IMG/VR virus record: IMGVR_UViG_3300033490_000009
Coordinates: 1 to 11,913 of that record
DNA length: 11,913 nt
Source: a virus
Reading direction: 5' to 3' (one strand)
A program made the translations under genes and the position numbers. The notes below the pieces were generated by a model. The model was not told the origin of the DNA, did not search any database, and saw nothing but the letters and a program-made list of their open reading frames with translations. Below, in pieces: positions 1-5,713 of this stretch (positions within the stretch are counted from its first letter, which is position 1; each line of letters starts with the position of its first letter).

Positions 1-1561
1 CTATCGCTTCTTTTTGCTTGTCAACCCACTCGTAATACTTGCGCTTAATGTCTTCGTAAAACTGCTTGCGGTAGTTAAACCAATCCTGCCATTGCTTCTT
101 TAAAGTTTCAATGTAGTCAGCCCAGCGACGCTCTATGTTATGCTGGGATTGGAGCATGTGTTGCCGCCACTCAGCCCATTCGTCTTTCTTCGTCTCGGTT
201 TGTTTTCCTTCTTCTCCCGTGACACCTAACCCGCTCAAGTCGCCCTTTAGAAGTTTCTTTGCCAATTCTAACGGGTCTTCGGTCATTTCTTCTTTTTTGC
301 CTTTCGTTTTTGCCTCTTTCGCTTTTTGTTGTCGCTCCCATTCTTCGGCTTCCTTGCGGGCTTTCTCGCCTTCGTCTACGAGCGGGCGCAACTCTTTCGG
401 AAGCATTAACTTAGCAAGCCAACTGCTAATTTTGCCCGTCTTTTCGTCAATCCACCTGATTAGGAGTGCGAGACCTATTGCAACCGCACCAATTCCGAGA
501 ATTATCGGGTTTATTACAGCCGCTATGCCCGCCCCGATAACTTTCAGAATATCCCACAACTTACTGAGCCAGCCAACTAAATTCTTAATCCAATCAACTA
601 CTTTGAGTATGCCTAAGGCTTTTAGACCGTCAGCAACCCATTTAATTCCATGCCCCACAGCGCCAAACAAAACAGCCAGCCCCGCTAACACTGCCGCCAA
701 CATTACAATGTGACTGACAAAAGAAGCGAGGGTCGGGTGTGCTTCTTCAAATGCTTTGAGAGAAGCGACTATCTTGTTAATGCCTTCGGCTATGCGCTCT
801 ACCGTGTCAGCAACATTGCCGAGGTTTTCCGCCGTTAGCGCTTGCAACGACGCTTTCAATGTGCTGAGAGCGTCAGTCATTCGGTCAATCTTATTTGCTG
901 TTTCGTCGCTAACTACTACGCCTAATTCACGATACTTAGCAATGAGATTGTCAATTTCTTGTGCGCCCTCACGAAGAATAGGCAGCAATGTGTAGGCTCG
1001 GCGACCAAACATTTCAAACAAAATTTGTGCTTGCTGGGCTTGGTCTGGGATTTTGGCGATTTCTTTCAGCAAAAGCACGAATTGCTCCAACGGGTCGTTG
1101 GTTTGGGATTGCACAGTTTGACCGAGCACTGCTAAAGCCTTCGTCAACTCATTAACTCTGTTTCCTTTCTCAGCAACCGCTTGGGCGGCTTGTTGGAAGG
1201 CTACTTGCATGCGCATGATAAAAAATGGAATTAACTCAGCGTGGATTTCTAAGTCTTGGAGCATGGCACGGTAGACAGAGTATTTTTCTACAGTCGTGCC
1301 GATTTGAAGGGCTTCCTCACGCAACTGATTGGCGTGGCGTGCGCCAGCAACGGCAAGGGCGGTAAATGTGCCCGCAACGACAGCGCCTATCTTAGCGAGC
1401 GTGTTAAGGGCTTCCTCGTTTTGCTTGAAAAACTGAGTTAGCCGCCCAAAGACCGATTGGGCGTGCTGGCTAAGCCCCTCAAGTTGCTGCTTGACCTGAT
1501 TGACCGCTTGCGAAACATTTTCTTGCGCACGAATTAGGATTTCAACCGTTGCCTCTGCCAT
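1..1561 (-). CDS. Tail tape measure protein, first 520 codons only (gene runs off the left edge of the window)
   Basis: Absent from the supplied ORF track because no stop lies inside the window. Hand translation of the minus strand from the ATG (cat at 1559-1561) stays open to nt 2: MAEATVEILIRAQENVSQAVNQVKQQLEGL...QAQILFEMFGRRAYTLLPILREGAQEIDNLIAKYRELGVVVSDE... It has long helical/coiled-coil-like stretches, a hydrophobic block (LASFVSHIVMLAAVLAGLAVLFGAVG...IGAVAIGLALLIRW) and a K/E-rich segment, all typical of tape measure proteins. GGTGA lies 6 nt upstream of the ATG. The gene follows the tail chaperone genes. The + strand ORFs 135-713, 756-995 and 1256-1441 are antisense shadows of it. 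Confidence 0.8.
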   Translation of the reverse strand, partial: MAEATVEILIRAQENVSQAVNQVKQQLEGLSQHAQSVFGRLTQFFKQNEEALNTLAKIGAVVAGTFTALAVAGARHANQLREEALQIGTTVEKYSVYRAMLQDLEIHAELIPFFIMRMQVAFQQAAQAVAEKGNRVNELTKALAVLGQTVQSQTNDPLEQFVLLLKEIAKIPDQAQQAQILFEMFGRRAYTLLPILREGAQEIDNLIAKYRELGVVVSDETANKIDRMTDALSTLKASLQALTAENLGNVADTVERIAEGINKIVASLKAFEEAHPTLASFVSHIVMLAAVLAGLAVLFGAVGHGIKWVADGLKALGILKVVDWIKNLVGWLSKLWDILKVIGAGIAAVINPIILGIGAVAIGLALLIRWIDEKTGKISSWLAKLMLPKELRPLVDEGEKARKEAEEWERQQKAKEAKTKGKKEEMTEDPLELAKKLLKGDLSGLGVTGEEGKQTETKKDEWAEWRQHMLQSQHNIERRWADYIETLKKQWQDWFNYRKQFYEDIKRKYYEWVDKQKEAI

Positions 1562-1591
1562 GCTATCTCACCACACTCACTTGCCCCCTAC

Positions 1592-1623
1592 GGGCAGAAT
1601 TTATTCGGATAAATTCCAAGCCC
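1592..1623. repeat. AT-rich 8-4-8 palindrome GAATTTAT-TCGG-ATAAATTC (1597-1616) clamped by GGGC/GCCC; copy 1 of 2
   Basis: Perfect 8-bp inverted repeat with a 4-nt spacer, flanked by GGGC (1592-1595) and GCCC (1620-1623). It lies between the stop of the ATG-less frame (1631) and the tape measure start (1561). A 19/20 identical copy is at 5634-5653. Confidence 0.6.
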
Positions 1624-1630
1624 GCCCCGC

Positions 1631-1837
1631 TTAGAATAAGCCTTCCGCTTCCTTTATCAATTCCTGCAGGTTTAGCAAAATCAACTCGGTTTGGGCGAGG
1701 TTGAGGTTGAGGAAATCGTCTATGGAGTTGACTATGCGGTATTTGGCAAGTAGGATAAAGATTTTGGTGATTGAAGCGCCCCCCAACCCTAACCCTTCGG
1801 GTTGAGGGGCGGTAACCTTACGCTTGCTGAAAGAAGC
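1631..1837 (-). CDS. Candidate recoded (+1 frame) C-terminal extension of the tail assembly chaperone (gpG/gpGT-like arrangement); no start codon of its own
   Basis: The minus-strand frame shifted +1 relative to ORF 1818-2072 is open from just after a TAG (1838-1840) to TAA (1631-1633). It reads ASFSKRKVTAPQPEGLGLGGASITKIFILLAKYRIVNSIDDFLNLNLAQTELILLNLQELIKEAEGLF. The C-terminal 45 aa look like genuine amphipathic-helix coding sequence. It has no ATG and no GGTGA Shine-Dalgarno, which the other genes here have. The only in-frame alternative start is a TTG at 1784-1786, buried in a hairpin. It sits exactly where the T part of G/GT lies in siphophages. Confidence 0.3.
   Translation of the reverse strand, partial: ASFSKRKVTAPQPEGLGLGGASITKIFILLAKYRIVNSIDDFLNLNLAQTELILLNLQELIKEAEGLF
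1777..1811 (-). promoter_or_regulatory. 13-bp GC-rich stem-loop starting 6 nt after the chaperone stop codon
   Basis: Minus-strand sequence CGCCCCTCAACCC-GAAGGGTTA-GGGTTGGGGGGCG pairs over 13 bp (one G:U) with a 9-nt loop. No T-tract follows, so it is not a classical terminator. It could act as a recoding stimulator, an RNA stability element or a coupling element. Confidence 0.4.
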
Positions 1838-2072
1838 CTAAGGCGGGGCGCTCAAGCCATTCCTCAAACGAGATTTGCTCTCCCGTTTTGAGTGTGTGAA
1901 TTCGCCAGTCAAGCCACGCTACTGCCTCAATCCGCTTGGCGGGCGGAAGGTCTTCAAGGCTCTCAAGCCCCGTGCCAAACCGCTCACAGAATTCAATCAA
2001 GTCTTTCCAACGCAGCAACTTGAAATCGTCTTCACTCCATTTGCCCGCCAGCGTCATGACTTCCTCGGTCAT
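1818..2072 (-). CDS. Tail assembly chaperone-like protein (84 aa)
   Basis: ORF track. ATG overlaps the upstream stop (ATGA), with GAGGTGA 6 nt upstream. It is small and acidic (MTLAGKWSEDDFKLLRWKDLIEFCERFGTGLESLEDL...) and lies between the major tail and tape measure genes, the position of gpG-type chaperones. The function call rests mainly on position. Confidence 0.55.
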   Translation of the reverse strand: MTEEVMTLAGKWSEDDFKLLRWKDLIEFCERFGTGLESLEDLPPAKRIEAVAWLDWRIHTLKTGEQISFEEWLERPALGFFQQA

Positions 2073-2269
2073 TTCCTATCACCTCGGGCGTCTAATACCT
2101 TCAGAATGTCGTGCCAGCGCTCTCGCACCATAGGCTCGGCAGCACCAACCCCTGTCTTGACCAACTTCCAAAAGTCATGCTCCCTCAAACCTACACGCTT
2201 GCAAAACTCGTCTACGCCTTCCTTCATGGCGGCAATGTAAAGCATTTCACGCTCGTAGCGTGTCAGCAT
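2069..2269 (-). CDS. Small (66 aa) helix-turn-helix-like protein, function unknown
   Basis: ORF track, with AGGTGA 6 nt upstream of the ATG. The segment LTRYEREMLYIAAMKEGVDEFCKRVGLREHDFWKLV follows the sigma70-region-4/LuxR-type HTH spacing (LxxxEREhh...EG.s..Eha..hGhs...h...h). I recognised this by eye and did not search it. Confidence 0.5.
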   Translation of the reverse strand: MLTRYEREMLYIAAMKEGVDEFCKRVGLREHDFWKLVKTGVGAAEPMVRERWHDILKVLDARGDRK

Positions 2270-2284
2270 GTCGGCTCACCTTCA

Positions 2285-3097
2285 CTACTCAATCGAAATG
2301 TTGTTAGCGCTACCTTGCAAAGTGAGCGTCATGACCCACAAATCCGAGCCGCCCGAAACGGGCACTCGGCGGGTAGCAATATGGAAATCGTTTAAGGTCA
2401 AAGTCTTGTTGCCTAACGCAATCGTGATATCTACGGGGGCGGGGGCGTCGGCTGCAAAGTGCGGCGTAAATGGCAGGAAGATTTCGCACGAAAATTCGCA
2501 CTCAGCGACGCCATAGGCTGCGAGGTTAGGCAACCGCTTTTCGTTTGCTGCTTTAGCGGAAAAGTCAGCCGTGACATGCGGGTTGCGGCGCACTCGGAGT
2601 TGAAAGCGGCTAACTTGGTAGTTATTGCCCGCAACGGTCACAACGGCGTCGTGCCAAAGCAGAATGTTGCCGCTAAGGGGTTGAATTGTGGGCGCTGTGC
2701 TGATAAGGCTCGGCTTCATTGCCCGCAGAGAAAGTGTCGCACGCAAGGGCTCGCCGACCCGACCTTCGAGCGAAACTTCGTCTACAAGGCAGCCCAAACC
2801 CTTCACAATGTAGTCGTTTGGCGACCCTGCAACAACGCTGAGGGAAATGTCGTTTTTAATGAGGCTCTCAATGGTCTCTAACTGGCTGTCAACGACGGCG
2901 AATTCGGCGCTAATGGTGGCTTCAACGATTGAGTGATAGAAGAAGACGCCGCCAACGGCTTCCACTCGGCGCACATTCTCGTTAATGTTGATTTCGCCGC
3001 CGCTAACCTTGCCAATTTGAAGCCAGTCGCCCGTTGGCTCTTGCCCCTTTGCGGTTTCGATTTTGTAGCCAAAAATGTCTAACGCATGAGTTTTCAT
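2285..3097 (-). CDS. Major tail (tube) protein candidate (270 aa)
   Basis: ORF track, with GGGGTGA 6 nt upstream. It lies between the neck genes and the chaperone/tape-measure genes. The sequence is beta-rich with no enzymatic motif. The call is positional. Confidence 0.6.
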   Translation of the reverse strand: MKTHALDIFGYKIETAKGQEPTGDWLQIGKVSGGEININENVRRVEAVGGVFFYHSIVEATISAEFAVVDSQLETIESLIKNDISLSVVAGSPNDYIVKGLGCLVDEVSLEGRVGEPLRATLSLRAMKPSLISTAPTIQPLSGNILLWHDAVVTVAGNNYQVSRFQLRVRRNPHVTADFSAKAANEKRLPNLAAYGVAECEFSCEIFLPFTPHFAADAPAPVDITIALGNKTLTLNDFHIATRRVPVSGGSDLWVMTLTLQGSANNISIE

Positions 3098-3120
3098 TCG
3101 CTATCACCCCTAACACTTGC

Positions 3121-3549
3121 CTAAGGCAGCATAGTGACCGCCCGCAGGTTAACTCGTGCGACATGTATGTTGGGCACGGCTTCCTCGATTAGGTAATCGA
3201 CGCTAACAACATAAAGCCCGACAGGTTGCCCCGTCGTGAGCGTGTAGGGCGGCGTCGGGGCGTTTAAAACTGCGTTGACTATCGCAGCGGTTAGGCTGTT
3301 TTTGTCTTCAACCGAGCGGGCGATAACATAGACCTCTATGTTGTCGGTCTCCCGATAAATGTGTTGGTGGCTTTCGGGCACAATTTCGCTACTGACAAGG
3401 GCAATCAAAACGAATGGCTTAGTTATGCGGGTTAGGTCGGTGTCTCGGAGCAAACCCACGCCAATGTCGACCTTGCGACCGCCGCTCACGCTATTGAAGA
3501 CCAGGTCTCTAACCTTTTGCGCAACCTCAAAGGCTGCTAACTGCTTCAT
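3121..3549 (-). CDS. Tail completion/terminator-like neck protein (142 aa)
   Basis: ORF track. ATGA overlap with the upstream gp10-like gene. Its size and position (after the gp10-like gene, before the major tail gene) match HK97 gp11 / DUF3168-type proteins. The call is positional. Confidence 0.5.
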   Translation of the reverse strand: MKQLAAFEVAQKVRDLVFNSVSGGRKVDIGVGLLRDTDLTRITKPFVLIALVSSEIVPESHQHIYRETDNIEVYVIARSVEDKNSLTAAIVNAVLNAPTPPYTLTTGQPVGLYVVSVDYLIEEAVPNIHVARVNLRAVTMLP

Positions 3550-4013
3550 TGCGCAACACCCCGCTTGAATGCTTCGGCTAACTTGGCGATTTGGCTACGC
3601 AGCCACTCGGCGGCTGGCTTCATGAAAGGCTTGCGGATAATGTCGCCGACCTTTTCCCAAGTTGCTGATTTGCCCGACCGCCCTTGCTCAACCCGCTTAG
3701 CGAAAACCCAACCTATGCCTCGCAGGTAAAACCGCAGCGCTCGGGCGTTTACGGGCACGATTATGCGCCTATGACCAAATTCGACATATTGGGCGTATTC
3801 AACATTCGTGTAGACCCGCCCCGTTAAGCCTGAAACTTCGAAGTTGATACTTGCCCGCAGCCTACCCGTGTCTACGGGGGCGTGCTTTTTTGCCTCTCCA
3901 GAAGTGTGGGCGACCAACTTAGCGAATGTGTTGTGAATTTCGTCACGCCCCCGCTTCAACTTGCTAATCGTTTCGTTGACGCCTTTAACAGCGACGCTAA
4001 CCTTAAGCGCCAC
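3546..4013 (-). CDS. HK97 gp10-family phage protein (neck/tail component)
   Basis: Contains the family signature ...KKHAPVDTGRLRASINFEV...VYTNVEYAQYVEFGH... The track extends the ORF to a TTG at 4061. I prefer the in-frame GTG at 4011-4013, which has GAGGTGA 5 nt upstream and overlaps the previous gene by only 11 nt. Confidence 0.85.
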   Translation of the reverse strand: MALKVSVAVKGVNETISKLKRGRDEIHNTFAKLVAHTSGEAKKHAPVDTGRLRASINFEVSGLTGRVYTNVEYAQYVEFGHRRIIVPVNARALRFYLRGIGWVFAKRVEQGRSGKSATWEKVGDIIRKPFMKPAAEWLRSQIAKLAEAFKRGVAQ

Positions 4014-4320
4014 TGGCTTCACCTCGCAGGAAAAGTTTGCTAAAGGTCGGGTAGACTTCAAGTTTGGCGATTTGATAGCGCTTGTAGTTGATTTCGAGAA
4101 TGTCGTCGGTTTGGAATTGAAAGTCGCTAAAGACGAAGTAGACTGCGTCGATAGCGCCTAAGTGGGCGTGCATTAAGGATTGTTTGCCCGCCGAAGGCGT
4201 TACGAGATAGCCTACAGCCGTGCCAGCCATGACTTCTGTTACGCTAACCGTGCCGTCAGCGCTTTCTTCAATCCGTTTGCGCCAAACAACTGCGGGCACA
4301 CGAAGGTTTATCCTCGCCAT
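4003..4320 (-). CDS. Head closure / head-tail adaptor protein (HK97 gp9 / SPP1 gp16-like, 105 aa)
   Basis: ORF track. Size, position and the pattern MARINLRVPAVVWRK...DDILEINYKRYQIAKLE resemble head-tail joining proteins. Confidence 0.6.
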   Translation of the reverse strand: MARINLRVPAVVWRKRIEESADGTVSVTEVMAGTAVGYLVTPSAGKQSLMHAHLGAIDAVYFVFSDFQFQTDDILEINYKRYQIAKLEVYPTFSKLFLRGEASGA

Positions 4321-4799
4321 GCGGAAATCACCTGCCTTGCGATTGGTGGAAGTTGATTGAAATCAACCCGCACTTCGGATTGAATGCTGTCTACAATGTC
4401 GGCGTTAAGCAGCCAAACCGCAAGGTGGGCTACGGCGAGGGCTATGTCGTCGGGAATAGTGCTGTTAAAGCCCGCCAAGTATTCAACGACGGCTTCCCCG
4501 CAATAGGGGTAGGCTAAGACTATGAGCCCAAATTGCTGGGCGTTTAAAATGTCAAGGGCAGTGCCTTCGGGTAAAGCGACGACGCTGATAACTTCGTTGA
4601 CGGGGTGAGCGGAAGTTATGCCCCGCCCGTTGCTGAATGTGATAACTTCGGTTATGTTGCGGGGCTCAAGCGGCACGCCAGTTAGGCGCTCCCAAATCCG
4701 CTCGGCAGCGCCAAGAAAGGCTATGGCTCGGTCTTTCGTCTCCGAGCCCCATTGCACCTCGATTAGGTTGAGCACTTGCGCTTGGGCGGCAGCATTCAT
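4308..4799 (-). CDS. gp6-like head-tail connector protein (163 aa)
   Basis: ORF track. ATGA overlap with the upstream gene, and GGTGA 7 nt upstream of the ATG. The N-terminal helical segment ...KDRAIAFLGAAERIWERLTGVPL... is typical of gp6/SPP1 gp15-like connectors. The position also fits. Confidence 0.6.
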   Translation of the reverse strand: MNAAAQAQVLNLIEVQWGSETKDRAIAFLGAAERIWERLTGVPLEPRNITEVITFSNGRGITSAHPVNEVISVVALPEGTALDILNAQQFGLIVLAYPYCGEAVVEYLAGFNSTIPDDIALAVAHLAVWLLNADIVDSIQSEVRVDFNQLPPIARQVISAWRG

Positions 4800-5251
4800 T
4801 GCGACTTCACCTCTCGCTTAAGCCTTTCAACTAAGTCTTCAAACTCGTCAAACCCGTCTTTGATTTCCGCCTTGAATGCCTCGTAGACCTTCTTAGGCGC
4901 AACGCAGAGATAGACATTGACCTCTATGGCGGGAGAAATGACATATTGGCGGGTTAAGATAATGTGGGTTTCGGCGGGCAACTTAACCGTGTTGTTGACC
5001 GAGTAGAAAGCAAAGACTACATGCCCAAATGCGGTCATGAGTTTCCGTGCGCCAGCGGGCGGAAGTGGCTTCTTTGCTATAAGGCTGTTAAGGATATGCA
5101 CCTTTGCGGTCACAGAGAATAGGTTGAATTGCAAGGTGAGCCAATGCTCGCTATCGCCTGAGAAGACAAACTCAGCGACGGCTTTGAGCAATTCTTCTTT
5201 GTTGCCCTTAAGCCACGCCTTAGCACAATTCAAAAGTTGCTTCACTTTCAT
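4796..5251 (-). CDS. Hypothetical protein (151 aa), first gene of the neck/tail operon
   Basis: ORF track. GCAAGTGT-GTTT-GGTGA-GGCGAC-ATG start context. No motif recognised. It is preceded by a roughly 190-nt leader and a consensus-like promoter. Confidence 0.7.
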   Translation of the reverse strand: MKVKQLLNCAKAWLKGNKEELLKAVAEFVFSGDSEHWLTLQFNLFSVTAKVHILNSLIAKKPLPPAGARKLMTAFGHVVFAFYSVNNTVKLPAETHIILTRQYVISPAIEVNVYLCVAPKKVYEAFKAEIKDGFDEFEDLVERLKREVKSQ

Positions 5252-5446
5252 GTCGCCTCACCAAACACACTTGCCACCCGCCCCACGAAATTTCTCTAAC
5301 GCCTTGACGCAGACATACTTGGTCACTCTCTTGAGTTTCCGTATCACTTTTTCTGAAGCGGGTAAGGTTGTAGATTTCTAAGTCTGAAATCGTGCCCGAT
5401 TTTGACACCATTTTGGGCGATTTCGCCCACATTTTGCCCGCCCCGA

Positions 5447-5475
5447 AATCTACAACCCTATCTAAGGTGTGTCAA
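5447..5475 (-). promoter_or_regulatory. Sigma70-type promoter TTGACA-17 nt-TAGATT reading leftward into the neck/tail operon
   Basis: On the minus strand the -35 TTGACA is the complement of 5470-5475, the spacer is exactly 17 nt, and the -10 TAGATT is the complement of 5447-5452. An A/T-rich UP-like tract (ATTTTAAAGAA) lies just upstream. A GC-rich discriminator (GGGGCGGG) follows. Confidence 0.6.
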
Positions 5476-5517
5476 TTCTTTAAAATGCCCTTTTTCTAAA
5501 AATACCCCAAAGCGTGT

Positions 5518-5539
5518 AGTCTTGGTCATGACCAAGACT
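5518..5539. promoter_or_regulatory. Perfect 22-bp palindrome AGTCTTGGTCA|TGACCAAGACT, candidate operator/activator site
   Basis: Read directly from the sequence. Its dyad (5528/5529) is equidistant from the two flanking promoters: 56 nt to each -35 centre and 79 nt to each -10 centre. Confidence 0.6.
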
Positions 5540-5581
5540 TAGACCTGTAGGGGTTTTTTGGGAAAAAGGGCTTCTAAGAGT

Positions 5582-5610
5582 TTGACACGGGTCGGGTAAA
5601 GTCGTAGATT
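5582..5610 (+). promoter_or_regulatory. Sigma70-type promoter TTGACA-17 nt-TAGATT reading rightward (mirror image of 5447-5475)
   Basis: -35 TTGACA at 5582-5587, a 17-nt spacer, and -10 TAGATT at 5605-5610. It points toward the 3' end of the capsid gene, so any product would be a small or antisense RNA. Confidence 0.45.
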
Positions 5611-5633
5611 TCAGGTCGGGTCGGTCGCAGGCG

Positions 5634-5653
5634 GATTTTATTCGGATAAATTC
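5634..5653. repeat. Copy 2 of the AT-rich 8-4-8 palindrome (GATTTTAT-TCGG-ATAAATTC)
   Basis: 19/20 identical to 1597-1616. It lies just downstream of the capsid terminator on the minus strand. Confidence 0.6.
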
Positions 5654-5668
5654 TACTTGGGCAGGGCT

Positions 5669-5713
5669 AAAAAGTAAAAGCAGGAGCGGGAGCGGTTAGA
5701 CCCCCGCCCCTGC
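5669..5713 (-). terminator. Rho-independent terminator of the major capsid gene
   Basis: Minus strand: GCAGGGGCGGGGG-TCTAACCG-CTCCCGCTCCTGC forms a 13-bp stem (two G:U pairs). It is followed directly by TTTTACTTTTT and begins 37 nt after the capsid stop codon. Confidence 0.8.

Noticed and set aside
135-1441. + strand ORFs 135-713, 756-995 and 1256-1441 from the ORF track
   Set aside because: They lie antisense to the continuously open tape measure frame (minus strand, 1-1561). Their translations are low-complexity and S/F/A/P-rich, and none has a GGTGA Shine-Dalgarno. They are shadow ORFs.
1566-1817. Stop-codon readthrough of the chaperone TAA: frame 0 also stays open for about 84 codons
   Set aside because: The translation (GYRPSTRRVRVGGRFNHQNLYPTCQIPHSQLHRRFPQPQPRPNR...) is R/P-rich and looks off-frame. 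It runs through the palindrome and the tape measure Shine-Dalgarno. The +1 frame is the more protein-like one.
1875-3072. Alternative ORFs over the chaperone, HTH and major tail genes (1875-2240, 1936-2133, 2111-2395, 2268-2516, 2310-2501, 2431-2634, 2459-2881, 2878-3072)
   Set aside because: They overlap better-supported minus-strand genes that have strong GGTGA sites and coupled starts. The composition is typical of off-frame translation.
5220-5432. 70-aa minus-strand ORF in the orf151 leader
   Set aside because: No GGTGA Shine-Dalgarno. It overlaps the orf151 start by 32 nt in another frame, runs through promoter/operator-like repeats, and the sequence is not protein-like. A short leader peptide cannot be fully excluded.
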